Part shown: in pieces, positions 17,802 through 28,522 of the stretch
How positions within the stretch are numbered: position 1 is the stretch's first letter
Layout: each line of letters begins with the position of its first letter
Notes under the pieces: model-generated
The model's input: the letters and a program-made list of their open reading frames with translations, nothing else
Told to the model about the DNA's origin: nothing
Database searches by the model: none
Position numbers and translations under genes: made by a program
From: Candidatus Bathyarchaeota archaeon
Lineage (GTDB): Archaea > Thermoproteota > Bathyarchaeia > Bathyarchaeales > Bathycorpusculaceae
Reading direction: 5' to 3'
Assembly: GCA_963770935.1 (NCBI GenBank)
Contig: CAVYRJ010000013.1
Coordinates: 1-51,544 of the forward strand
DNA: 51,544 bases

Positions 17802-20618
17802 TTAAGCCGACAATGAGGTGTTTCTTCTTCTGGAAGCTACAAATTTACCGATTTCTATGGTTGCGAACACTATGGCGCCGTACAACGCAGCTACCGCCCA
17901 ATCTATTAGCTCAGGCATGTGCACATCAAAAAGTCCTTGCAGACCTGGCACGTAGAGGATTACTAGTTGCAGCGCAAACGATGAGGCTATAGCATACCAG
18001 AGGTATTTGTTCTTGAATGGACCTACCTTAAATATTGAATACTTCAAGGACCGCATTGAAAGAGCTATAACAAGCTCCATCACTATCATGGCTGTGAGCA
18101 GTTGTGTTCTAGCTTCCAGCAGATTCTCCCCGCTTGTCCATGGTAGATGCGAGTAAAACGCTATTAACAGTAGAACTGTCATGAGTATTGGGATCGTACT
18201 TAGGTAGACCTTGACGTCCTTGCTAAAAATACTCTCGTTAGGTTTGCGGGGTTTACGCTCCATCAAGTCAGGGTCTCCGGGGTCAACGCCTAAAGCGATG
18301 GCGGGTAACCCGTCTGTAACAAGATTCATCCAAAGAATCTGCACAGCTGTCAAAGCGATGGCTGCTTCGTTTATCAAGCCAACATCTGAACCGGGCGAGA
18401 TGATTCTAGCTATGTAGGGCACGCTTACCACAGCGGAGAACATAACTAATATTTCCATAATGTTGCATTGTAACAGAAAGGTGAGGTATTTCTTGATGTT
18501 ATCAAAGATTTCTCTGCCTTCCCTGACAGCTTTGACGATACTAGCAAAGTTATCATCTGCCAAAACCATATCAGCGGCTTCTTTGGTGACTTCGGTGCCT
18601 GAAATGCCCATGGCAACGCCTATATCGCTCATTTTTAAAGCTGGGGCATCGTTGACTCCGTCGCCAGTCATCGCGACGACTTGGTCCTTTTGTTTCCAAG
18701 CTTTAACAATGCGTACTTTATGCTCGGGGGATACGCGCGCATAAATTACGACTCTCTCCACAACAGCGGCAAGTTGTTCATCCGTCATCTGTTCAAGTTC
18801 TTGCCCTGTTAACACGCAGCTTGCCTCTTCGGTTTCAACCAGCAAATTTAATTCTTTGCCGACGGCGGTGGCTGTTAGTTTGTGGTCGCCTGTAATCATG
18901 ACGACTCGTATCCCTGCTTTCTTGCATATACCTATGGCGTCTTTAACCTCCGGACGCGGCGGATCTATCATGCTCATAATGCCAACAAAGACAAAGCCTT
19001 CTTCCATTTCTTCCTTAAACTCTTCTGTTCCATTGGGGAGTTCTTTGTAGGCGAAAGCCAGGTTACGTAAAGCTTGAAGGGCAAATGCTTCAATGACTTT
19101 GAAGTGTTTAATTTGACTTTCTTTGGTAAACGGCTGCACTTTACCGTCTAACAAGATTTTGCTGCACCGTTCTATGACCATTTCTGGGGCGCCCTTCATG
19201 TAAGCAATTCTTTGACCATCTTTAGTATGGATGGTGGTCATACGTTTTCGTTCAGAAGAGAACGGAACTTCAAACACTCGGGGTTCTTGCTCTTCGAGTT
19301 CTTCTTTGCTTAGCCCTGCCTTCTCTGCGGCAACAACTAAGGCGCCTTCCGTTGGGTCGCCTTTAACAAGCCACTTTTTTGTTTGTGTGTCCTGTTCAAG
19401 ACCCGAGTCGTTACAAAGAACTGCGACTTTGAGGAGAGTTTTAAGTTGAGCGTTTGGCAATACTGTTTTGTTTTCAACTTGAAATTCGCCCTCTGGTGCG
19501 TATCCTATACCGGTGACTTTGGTGATTTGTTCGTTAACATAGATACTTCGGACGGTCATTTCGCCTTTCGTCATGGTCCCTGTTTTGTCGCTGCATATTA
19601 CACTGGTGCTTCCAAGCGTTTCAACGGCAGGTAACCGCTTAACAATGGCGTTGACTTTAGCCATACGGTACATTCCTATGGCAAGTGCGCCTGTAACGAT
19701 GGCGGGTAAAGCTTCCGGAACAGCTGCGACAGCTAAACTGATAGCCCACAAAACCATATCCAAAATGGGGCGTTGTTCAACTACTATTCCAACTACACCA
19801 ACGCTTACTGCAACCACCAAAGCTAGAACGCCAATCCATTTACCAACACCACTCAAGCGTTTTTCCAAGGGTGTTTTCTCTTGAGGGGCAGTTTGAACCA
19901 TTTGGGCGATTTTACCAAATTCGGTATTCATACCTGAAGTTGTAACTACGGCTTTGCCTCGGCCGTAAACAACAACAGTTCCGGTGAAAACCATGTTTTT
20001 CCTGTCGTTCAATTGAGTTTGTTCAGGTAATTCAAGAGCGGATTTGTTGACAGCTGACGACTCTCCAGTTAAGGGTGCCTCATCAGTTTTCATTGTAAAA
20101 GCTTCTATGAGTCTACCGTCGGCTGGAATCTTATCTCCTGTGTAGAGAAGAATAATATCCCCAGGGACAATTTGAGAGGCGGGAATTCTGACTTCCTTTC
20201 CATCACGCAGGACACTTGCGGTAGGCGAGGTCATTTTTTTTAGGGCTTCTACTGCTTTTTCGCTTCGGTATTCTTGAGTGAAACCCAATATGGCGCTTGC
20301 GAGTACGATTACTAGGATAATCATTGCGTCAAAAATTTCGTCTGTGGAGCCGGTGTATAAGCCTACTCCGACGGATAGCGCCATGGCGAGTAGGAGTATA
20401 ATCATTAGTATGTCGGTAAATTGGCTTAGAAGGATTTTTAGTGGTGATTTGCCTTTTTCTTTTTTGAGTTCGTTGGGTCCGTACTGTATTAGGCGTTCTT
20501 CTGCTTGCTGAGTAGTTAATCCTGCAGTTGTAACATTTAATTCGATCATCGCTTCATGAGGTGTTTTGCTATGCCACGATTTAGTCACTTCTGTCCCTAC
20601 TCCCAATAATAGGCTCAC
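17802..20618 (-). CDS. cation-transporting P-type ATPase, type IIA (Ca2+-like)
   Basis: TGES, VPEALP, DKTGT, KGAPE, TGDGVNDAPAL, WMNLVTDGLPA. Confidence 0.95.
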   Translation of the reverse strand: MSLLLGVGTEVTKSWHSKTPHEAMIELNVTTAGLTTQQAEERLIQYGPNELKKEKGKSPLKILLSQFTDILMIILLLAMALSVGVGLYTGSTDEIFDAMIILVIVLASAILGFTQEYRSEKAVEALKKMTSPTASVLRDGKEVRIPASQIVPGDIILLYTGDKIPADGRLIEAFTMKTDEAPLTGESSAVNKSALELPEQTQLNDRKNMVFTGTVVVYGRGKAVVTTSGMNTEFGKIAQMVQTAPQEKTPLEKRLSGVGKWIGVLALVVAVSVGVVGIVVEQRPILDMVLWAISLAVAAVPEALPAIVTGALAIGMYRMAKVNAIVKRLPAVETLGSTSVICSDKTGTMTKGEMTVRSIYVNEQITKVTGIGYAPEGEFQVENKTVLPNAQLKTLLKVAVLCNDSGLEQDTQTKKWLVKGDPTEGALVVAAEKAGLSKEELEEQEPRVFEVPFSSERKRMTTIHTKDGQRIAYMKGAPEMVIERCSKILLDGKVQPFTKESQIKHFKVIEAFALQALRNLAFAYKELPNGTEEFKEEMEEGFVFVGIMSMIDPPRPEVKDAIGICKKAGIRVVMITGDHKLTATAVGKELNLLVETEEASCVLTGQELEQMTDEQLAAVVERVVIYARVSPEHKVRIVKAWKQKDQVVAMTGDGVNDAPALKMSDIGVAMGISGTEVTKEAADMVLADDNFASIVKAVREGREIFDNIKKYLTFLLQCNIMEILVMFSAVVSVPYIARIISPGSDVGLINEAAIALTAVQILWMNLVTDGLPAIALGVDPGDPDLMERKPRKPNESIFSKDVKVYLSTIPILMTVLLLIAFYSHLPWTSGENLLEARTQLLTAMIVMELVIALSMRSLKYSIFKVGPFKNKYLWYAIASSFALQLVILYVPGLQGLFDVHMPELIDWAVAALYGAIVFATIEIGKFVASRRRNTSLSA

Positions 20619-20807
20619 CTACAAGATATTTAGGTTTTAATATCTTTCTATTCCAATTTAAAAAACAAATTGGCTAATGAATTAATATAAAAAAGCGTCC
20701 AGGTAATACAGAAATAGCTGAACAAAAATTGTTAATTGTCAAGTATTACCCTAACGTTTATGCAATGAGGTAACTGTAATTTTACATTTTCGCCCAGCTG
20801 AATTTCT

Positions 20808-21353
20808 CTACCTCGAAAGTTGGTGGAATAGTTTACTATGTTTGTATAATGAAATGCTCCCGACCAACAGGACTACGAGGCTTAGGCCGTACAGCGTCCA
20901 AGCGAAAAGTGCTCCGTTGCTAACAATTTGTTTTTGCCATTCCCATGGAAAATCAATCGGGTTCCCGAGGGGCCAAGCCCCAATCACCTGATATATGAAA
21001 CCAAAGGCTGTTAGTAGAATGGCAACGTACTGTTTATCAATTGAGGCTTCAAGACGTATTCCACGTAAACTGTAAAGGCATAATATTGAAGCTCCAATAA
21101 TTAACGCGAGAAAGCTGGTAACGAAAAATATCGGATTTATAAAACTGTTGGGTAGCAGAGGATGGATAAATAACGGCGGATAACTAGTTGCTTCTTTTCC
21201 CCAATCAGCTACCGTCCAGTCGCTAAGAACCACTGATGACAAGTAAAATACTCCATAAGCTGCTAAAAACAAGCCAAGCGACACCTTGTGGCTTTTTACA
21301 TAGTTGGAAACCATGTTGCCGATGGGTGTTTGTCTTTGGCGGGTTTTGTTCAT
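20808..21353 (-). CDS. hypothetical four-TM membrane protein (start uncertain)
   Basis: ORF with four hydrophobic segments. Confidence 0.65.
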   Translation of the reverse strand: MNKTRQRQTPIGNMVSNYVKSHKVSLGLFLAAYGVFYLSSVVLSDWTVADWGKEATSYPPLFIHPLLPNSFINPIFFVTSFLALIIGASILCLYSLRGIRLEASIDKQYVAILLTAFGFIYQVIGAWPLGNPIDFPWEWQKQIVSNGALFAWTLYGLSLVVLLVGSISLYKHSKLFHQLSR

Positions 21354-21513
21354 TGATGCTACCTGGCTTTTGTGCTGCTTAATGTTTCTTTCTCGGTATA
21401 TTAGTTTTTTATCAAACAGCTGCAAGGTCGCTTGCAACACTTTTGCTTATCGGGATCCAAAAAGTTCTAATTGCTAACAACACTACTATAGATGTGATTT
21501 TTAAGGTGCTTTA

Positions 21514-22214
21514 ATGAAGTTTGAAACCAAGTTTCAAGAAATAATTTCACGCACTCACGACATAACAAGCTTCAGGTTTACCCGACCTTCTGAACTAGAA
21601 TACAAGCCAGGACAATTTTTCATTATAACTCTAAAGCAAGGTGGTAAAGAACTAAGCAAACACTTTAGCTTCAGTAGCAGCCCTACCGAAAAAGATCACA
21701 TAGAATTCACCAAAAAAATCACGGACCACGAGTTTTCTTTGGCTCTGAAAACTATAAAAGTTGGGGACTGGGCAAGGATCGAGGCGCCATATGGACAATT
21801 TACTTTTGAAGGAGAATACCCAAAAATTGCTTTGCTCGGAGGAGGTATTGGAATAACCCCTTTCATAAGTTATTGTATAAATGCAGCAGACATGGGCTTA
21901 AGCAGCAAAATAACGCTCTTTTACGGATGCCGTACATCAGAAGACATCGCGTTCAGAAAGGAGTTCGAGGACTTGGCTAAGCAAAACAAAAACCTCAAGA
22001 TTAGTCTTAATCGTTAACCAACCTACTCCCGACTGGAATGGAGCAACAGGTATGATCAATGTCTGACATCGTAAAGCAGCAACTACCAGATTACCAAGAA
22101 AACATGTTCTACACATGCGGACCGCCGCCGATGGTTGATGCAATGGAAAAACTTGTTGTAAGCTTGGGGCTACCGAAAGAAAAGTTGAAGAAGGAGCTCT
22201 TTTCAGGTTACTGA
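21514..22214 (+). CDS. FAD/NAD(P)-binding oxidoreductase (ferredoxin-NADP reductase superfamily), indels near 22000 and 22063
   Basis: YKPGQF, FSFSSSP, GGGIGITP; shifted frame continues FYTCGPPPMVDAM...KELFSGY*. Confidence 0.85.
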
Positions 22215-22227
22215 TAAAGAAAAGGGT

Positions 22228-23514
22228 TTAGGGGTAAAACCTTCGAGTGGTTCTTGGGAAGGGAATCGCGTCAATTATGTTTTCTAAGTCAAGCATCCAA
22301 ACTAGCAGCCGCTCCAAACCCATGCCGAAACCGACATGCGGCACTGTGCCGTAACGCCTTAAGTCAAGGTACCATTCGTAGTCCTCAGGTTTCAAACCCT
22401 GCGCCTTCATACGTTCGGTGAGCACTTCTTTGTTTTCTTCTCTTGCGCCGCCGGTGCTGATTTCGCCGATTCGGGGAACCATCATGTCAACTGACATGGC
22501 AACTTCAGGGTGGTCGGTGTAGGTTTTGCAGTAGAAGGCTTTGATTTCGGTTGGATAATCGTAGACAAAGAAGGGCTTGCCGAAGTCTTCCGCTAAAACC
22601 TTCTCGTCCTCATAACCAAGGTCTGCACCCCATGCTAACGAAGGGTTTTTCGGCTTCAGCCTATCAATTGCTTCTTTGTAAGTTATTCTGGGAAACGGTG
22701 CTTTGACATCTTTCAATTTTTCGATGTCAGCGCCCAATTCCTTGAATTCGGCTTGACAACGCTCGCTGACAGTTTGGCAAACATGCGTCATTAAGCCTTC
22801 TTCGAACTTCATTAAATCGTTCATGTCGGCAAAAGGCCACTCGCCCTCAATGTGCCAATACTCGGTTAAGTGGCGGATGGTTCGGCTTTTTTCAGCGCGG
22901 AATGATGGCGCAATGCAGTAAACGTTTTCTAAAGAATAGATTAGTATTTCAAGGTAAAGTTGGCTACTTTGGGTCAAGTAAAGGTCTTGGTCAAAATATT
23001 TTAAACCGAAAAGTGTTGAGCCGCCCTCCACTGCTGCAGAAATGAACATTGGCGGTGAGACCTCTGTGTAGTCTTGGGTTTTAAAATATTGACGTGCTGC
23101 CTCCAAAACTTCAGCGCGAACCCTCATGACTAAATTCATTTTTCTACTGCGAAGCCAAAGGTGGCGCATGTCACGAATAAATTCTTCACTTTTATCCTTG
23201 GAAATTGGAAAGGTTTCTGCTAAACCGATAATATTGATGGCTTCTGCGCCTATTTCGAAGCCGCCTGGAGCACGCTTATCCTCTTTTGCTATACCTTCCA
23301 ACGAAACTGAGGATTCAATGGTTAGTTTTTGTGCTTCGCTCCAACTGGGGCTGGTTTTTTTTACGGTACATTGGATTACGCCTGTTGAATCTCGGATTAA
23401 TAGAAAGATCAGTTCTTTTCCTTCACGTTTGCGATAAACCCAACCACGAACAGTTACTTTTTTGTCTGTACAGCTGCCTTCTAATATTCCGCTTATTTTT
23501 ACTAAAGCCATCAT
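22228..23514 (-). CDS. asnS: asparagine--tRNA ligase
   Basis: OB-fold VTVRGWV; LTQSSQLYLE; SFRAEKSRTIRHLTEYW; YEWYLDLRRYGTVPHVGFGMGLER. Confidence 0.9.
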   Translation of the reverse strand: MMALVKISGILEGSCTDKKVTVRGWVYRKREGKELIFLLIRDSTGVIQCTVKKTSPSWSEAQKLTIESSVSLEGIAKEDKRAPGGFEIGAEAINIIGLAETFPISKDKSEEFIRDMRHLWLRSRKMNLVMRVRAEVLEAARQYFKTQDYTEVSPPMFISAAVEGGSTLFGLKYFDQDLYLTQSSQLYLEILIYSLENVYCIAPSFRAEKSRTIRHLTEYWHIEGEWPFADMNDLMKFEEGLMTHVCQTVSERCQAEFKELGADIEKLKDVKAPFPRITYKEAIDRLKPKNPSLAWGADLGYEDEKVLAEDFGKPFFVYDYPTEIKAFYCKTYTDHPEVAMSVDMMVPRIGEISTGGAREENKEVLTERMKAQGLKPEDYEWYLDLRRYGTVPHVGFGMGLERLLVWMLDLENIIDAIPFPRTTRRFYP

Positions 23515-23589
23515 GCATCAACTGTTTTCATGTATTAGTTGTTTTCAAACCTAAATGCCTATCGATTTGGTAGCTTTCAACATTTTCTT

Positions 23590-23619
23590 TTATGCTTTAT
23601 TGTTTATGCTTTATTGTTT
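23590..23619. repeat. 14-bp tandem duplication in a divergent promoter region
   Basis: TATGCTTTATTGTT x2. Confidence 0.7.
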
Positions 23620-23748
23620 CAGTTCCATCCTCAGAATAAATATAATTTTGCTTAAGGGTAATTCCAGATCCTAATAAGGAACGAAATAGGAAACTATTAG
23701 AGGGCAAACCCTCATCTGTTAAATCTTAAAATCAAAGGAAATAAAAAA

Positions 23749-26265
23749 ATGAATACATCTAAAAAATCAATAACTATTATGATTTCTTTGTTTCTGACTA
23801 TATCAATTGTTACATCAACGATCATTTTACCCGATGTTAATGCAACAACTCCACCTAGATCTTGGCCCACTTATTCTTATCTCAGCGTTTCGCCAAATCC
23901 TGTTGGCGTCGGTCAACCCGTATATCTAATTATGTGGATGGATAAAGCACACCCCTTAGCGCAAGGTATCTATGGAGACCGCTTCACAGGGTTCACAGTT
24001 AACGTTACTAAGCCTGACGGATCCGCACAAATTTTGGGACCTTTCACCGCTGACGCAATTTCAACTGCTTTTACCACATATATCCCTGACCAAACAGGCA
24101 GCTACACACTTACTTTTAAGTTTCCAGCTCAAATAATTAAAGAAGTAAATAATCCACCTGCTTACCAAGCCTACAATCACCCTGACCAAATCAATGATAC
24201 ATACTCTGAAAGTTACAGTAACACAGTAACACTTGTCGTAAACAATGACCCAGTGCCAAATTGGCCTGAAACTCCACTGCCAACTGACTATTGGACAAGA
24301 CCCATCAACTCATTAAACAGGGGATGGGCACAGGTTGCTGGCGACTGGCTTAATGGAGCCCACACAGCCAACAGCTTTAACCCATATAGCACAGGACCTG
24401 AAAGCGCCCACATATTGTGGACGCGCTCTCTCGGTTTAGGCGGAGTCACAGGCGACACAAGTCAAGATGCGTTCTACCTAAGCACAACAGCCAGCTCCGG
24501 TCGTCCATCACCAATAATTCTCAACGGCATACTATACATCGAAGACCGTGCATCAGTTAACCGAAACTGGGGATGGTCAGCTGTCGACCTCTACACAGGC
24601 GAGACACTATACTACAATACTGCGCTATCTTACCCATCGTTTGGTTCAATTCTAAACTTCGAAACTGGAAGCGCTCACGGAGCATGGGGTTATTTATGGA
24701 GCACATCGGGCACAACTTGGATGGCAATTGACCCATTTACAGGCAACAACATCTACAACATAACCAATGTTCCAAGCACAGGCACCGCTGTCTATGACCC
24801 AGACGGCGCTTTACTGCGGTACGCCATTTCAGGCACAGGAGCAAGCAAACGCCTAACCATGTGGAACTCAACTGCAGCCTCAAGTCAACTATCAGCTACT
24901 GGAGATCCAACTCGCCCGTACGCTTACAATGGACAATATGACGGCACTAAAGGCTACTCATTGAATGTTTCAATTCCCGATGTTGCAGGCAGCATCTTCG
25001 AAGTCATCGAGGGCAAATGGGTAGTTGGTGGTGTTGCAGGTAAACAAAACCTAACAGCCACAGTACTCGGCCACATTTGGACTCTAAGTCTAAAGTCTGG
25101 GGAAGAAGGAAAATTGCTATCTAACATTACCTTTACACCGCCAAAACAAAGCATGGACACAAGCGAATACTACTATTATGCAGCATACACAGGCACTCCT
25201 AGCTCTGGAAGAATGCAAGGACCTTTCATGTACTCTGACTATGGCGTCTTCGTCTTCTGGGAAGGAGAGACTCGGCAATTCTGGGGTTTTAACCTCGCAA
25301 CAGGTCAACAGATTTGGGGTCCAACTGAACCTCAAGATGTGTGGATGTTTTTCGGCATGGATCCGACAGTTGCTTACGGCATAATGTACACATCCAGATA
25401 CTCTGCTCAATCTCCTGGCGGTGAAATCCACGCATACAACATAACAACTGGCGAAACCATATGGAAATATTCTCCTGGAGCAAAAACCTATGAAACTCTT
25501 TTCACCAATACACCAACAGCCATATCCGCGATTGCTGACGGAAAAATATACACAATCTCACAAGAACACTCCCCAAACCCACCTCTACGACGTGATGCAA
25601 AAATAACCTGCTTAAACGCTTTTACTGGGGAGGTAATTTGGGAAATGCCCAACTATATGCGTGCACAACTTGCAATCTCAAGCGGCTACGTAATCGCTAG
25701 TAACCTCTATGACAACCAATGGTACGCTTACGGTAAAGGCCCCAGCGCAACTACGGTGACAGCTTCACCAAAAGTTACAGTTCATGGTTCAAGCGTTTTG
25801 ATTGAGGGTACAATTACTGACCAGTCTCCAGGTGCTTTGGGTACGCCAGCTATTGCCGACAAAGATCAAGAAGCTTGGATGCAGTATGTATATATGCAGC
25901 AGCCTAAGCCCGCTAATGCTAGCGGTGTTACAGTTTCATTAGATACCTGGGATCCAAACGGCAACTTTGTGCACATTGGTGATGCAACGAGTGACTCAAG
26001 CGGTACTTTTAGTTTCGTCTATACGCCTGATGTGGCGGGTAAATACACGATTATTGCTTTGTTCGCAGGCTCAAAATCTTATGGCAGCTCCAGCGCAACA
26101 ACTGTCATCGGCGTTTCAGAAGCTTCAGCTATTACTCCCAGTCCAACAGTTGTTCAACAATCAATCGCAGACACATACTTTGTACCCGCTACCATTGGCA
26201 TAATCGCTGCTATAGCTATAGTTGTTATTCTACAAGCATTGATTTTACTAAAGAAGCGCCCCTAA
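23749..26265 (+). CDS. secreted, C-terminally anchored PQQ-like beta-propeller repeat protein
   Basis: same architecture as 5329..8022 (PLPTDYWTRPI, GPESAHILW, EHSP, TM + KKRP). Confidence 0.85.
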   Translation: MNTSKKSITIMISLFLTISIVTSTIILPDVNATTPPRSWPTYSYLSVSPNPVGVGQPVYLIMWMDKAHPLAQGIYGDRFTGFTVNVTKPDGSAQILGPFTADAISTAFTTYIPDQTGSYTLTFKFPAQIIKEVNNPPAYQAYNHPDQINDTYSESYSNTVTLVVNNDPVPNWPETPLPTDYWTRPINSLNRGWAQVAGDWLNGAHTANSFNPYSTGPESAHILWTRSLGLGGVTGDTSQDAFYLSTTASSGRPSPIILNGILYIEDRASVNRNWGWSAVDLYTGETLYYNTALSYPSFGSILNFETGSAHGAWGYLWSTSGTTWMAIDPFTGNNIYNITNVPSTGTAVYDPDGALLRYAISGTGASKRLTMWNSTAASSQLSATGDPTRPYAYNGQYDGTKGYSLNVSIPDVAGSIFEVIEGKWVVGGVAGKQNLTATVLGHIWTLSLKSGEEGKLLSNITFTPPKQSMDTSEYYYYAAYTGTPSSGRMQGPFMYSDYGVFVFWEGETRQFWGFNLATGQQIWGPTEPQDVWMFFGMDPTVAYGIMYTSRYSAQSPGGEIHAYNITTGETIWKYSPGAKTYETLFTNTPTAISAIADGKIYTISQEHSPNPPLRRDAKITCLNAFTGEVIWEMPNYMRAQLAISSGYVIASNLYDNQWYAYGKGPSATTVTASPKVTVHGSSVLIEGTITDQSPGALGTPAIADKDQEAWMQYVYMQQPKPANASGVTVSLDTWDPNGNFVHIGDATSDSSGTFSFVYTPDVAGKYTIIALFAGSKSYGSSSATTVIGVSEASAITPSPTVVQQSIADTYFVPATIGIIAAIAIVVILQALILLKKRP

Positions 26266-26904
26266 AGAGAGATTCAAAAAATTCCCTTTTTTCTTTTCTT
26301 TTGCTTATAGGCTTAGTACTAAGCTTTTATCTCAAAAAAGAACCAACTTTAGTATTAGGTTTAATTTTATTAGAAAAATTTAGAGGCGCGTATGATTTTG
26401 TTTGGTAGAAAAACATTTGCATTTGGATAAATTTTGAGCATTGCTTAGGTTGCTATTTTTAAATGGCTTTTGCGATGTTTACAGGCTACATTTTTGTCCG
26501 TCTTTACTTTTCTTTGGTTGACGCAGTGCGATTTTGCGTACACAACAAAATAGGGCGGTTGTATTTTGGATTCTAATTTGGGTTTGGGTTGTGGTTTGGG
26601 GTTTGTTAGGTTTTGGTTGTGCATGTGAGGGACGTTTTTTTAACATAGCGGTAGATTGTTTAGGTGAGTTTGCTATGTTGGAAGGTTTTGGGAGAATAAT
26701 TATATTCGGGGATTACTGCTAGAAATGGCTCGGGCTCCATATCAACGGTTGCTTAAACAGCTAAGGCAACACTCCACAAAACGTCATCATGGATTTCAGC
26801 AGGATTAGAAAAACCAATAGCTATTTTTGCGCGACCCGTAGCACTCAACGTTTAGTTCACTGCAAATTTTGCCCGGGTAGTTATTCCCAGTTTAATCTGT
26901 AGGT

Positions 26905-27137
26905 TTGTTGGTTCTTCCCTATGTTAGGTAAGTTGCCGCAGTTAAGCCGTAGTAAGCTGCAGGTCCTGCGAAGGTTTTCGTGATGATGAACAAGTATTGC
27001 CTGGACCTTCGGATCAATATCCGAAGCCATAATTGCAGTTCATGGAGTCCGTGGTTTCGCCGATGTGGATTAAGTTGCCGTTTCGATCAAATATATCTAA
27101 GAGAACTGGAAAACCATTAGCATTTGCCGGATCTCTC
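26905..27137 (-). pseudogene. decayed C-terminal fragment of a third beta-propeller family gene
   Basis: PANANGFPVLLDIFDRNGNLIHIGETT...FAGPAAYYGLTAATYLT aligns with PANASGVTVSLDTWDPNGNFVHIGDAT...FAGSKSYGSSSATT. Confidence 0.7.
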
Positions 27138-27138
27138 A

Positions 27139-28385
27139 TTATGCTTCTTTAACGCTCGGCTCATAAACTTTCCAGAAAACAAAAATGGAAAGAGGTATTG
27201 CTGTTGCCGCCAATAGAAGAAACGGAAGTTGAGGAGAGACAAAAGCGTAAAGTAAACCCACCGCAATCTGCAGAACAGCTTGCATTAGGAACATAAAAAA
27301 CTGTAAGCACCCTGTTACTGTTCCACGTAAACCTCTGGGAACCAAGTCACCCATCAGAACGGTATAGCTATTTAGTTGCAAAAGGTTGCCCAGTCCAAAG
27401 AAGAAGAAAGCTAAAAGTAACATATTAAAATCAGCATTAACAAAAAGAAGCATGCCGGGAACATACAGCAAATAACCCAGTATCAAGAATCGTTTTCTTC
27501 CTAGGACATCCATGCTCAACCCTGCAAGTATGCCCGGGATGGCGATGGTTAGGTATCTGAATGCAACCACAATTGCCCATTGCTCAAGAGACACTTTGAG
27601 GATTGAAGTTGCATAAATAACAAAGTAGGCTTGGCAGCTAACTACCAGCCCATTTATGATTATGATTGCTAAGAAGAGGTTAAAGGCTGATTTGGGAACC
27701 TTTTGCCAAACAGATATTCCTTCTTTTACCGATACAACATATCCGCGGAATGCGTTTTGGATACTGAATCTTGTTTTCTGCGAAGTCGGTGGCAACGTTT
27801 CTTTGAGTCTAAGCCTAAGAATTGATATGGAGAAATACGCAGCAGCGACCATGGTGTATGCAATGCGCATGCCTAAATCGAACTTGAAAGCAGCAACCAA
27901 GTATTGAGCAATAAGCGGTGCAGGCAAGATAATGATGGTTGTGATTACTGATTGGAAACTAAAGCCAGCGCCTCGGTTTTCAGGAGGAAGCGAATCAATA
28001 ACCATTGCCATCAAGGCTGGACCGTAGATGGAACAAACATTCTGCAGAAGTAAGCCGACCAGAATAAACTGCCAGGACGGAGCAAAGATAAAAAACAGAC
28101 TCCCTATAGCTAAACCAAAAGTCATGGTGATAATGAGTCCTCTTCTGCCCATGCTTGTCTGCTAAGTAGCCGCCGGGGAATTGGACAAGCGCGACCGCGA
28201 TGGATCCTGCAAAACCCATGATAGCAATTAGGAATTTGTCTGCTCCTAAGCTTAGGTAGTACAGGCTTGCGTAGGTGTCCGGGATTGGTTGCACGGCAAA
28301 CAGGATAATCCAGCTTAGGGTTATGAGTAGAAAGTTGCCTCTTAAAACGGCTTGATCTCGACGGAAAAGTGCTGAACATCTTCAT
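27139..28385 (-). CDS. MFS transporter, split by indels near 28150 and 28365
   Basis: three overlapping frames join as LRGNFLLITLSW...GGYLADKHGRRGLI...; 12-TM pattern. Confidence 0.85.
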
Positions 28386-28522
28386 TGTGGATAGAAAATC
28401 AGTTTAGAATTATTTAAATTAAGAGCGAAAAACCAAAACTTGGATGTTTTCAAAATCGATTGCATTGTTGCAGCCCACAATTCTTAAATCGCCCTTGCTG
28501 TGAGCTTAATTAGACCAATAAA

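Noticed and set aside
22060-22070. In-frame TGA as selenocysteine in the oxidoreductase
   Set aside because: The conserved sequence resumes in a different frame, so this is an indel rather than readthrough.
23700-23713. c-di-GMP-I riboswitch (GGGCAAACC)
   Set aside because: The downstream GNRA hairpin and GACGCAAAGC element are absent.
26575-26625. G/T-rich tract as a G-quadruplex or telomere-like repeat
   Set aside because: Irregular, with only three G3 runs, and within a decayed region.
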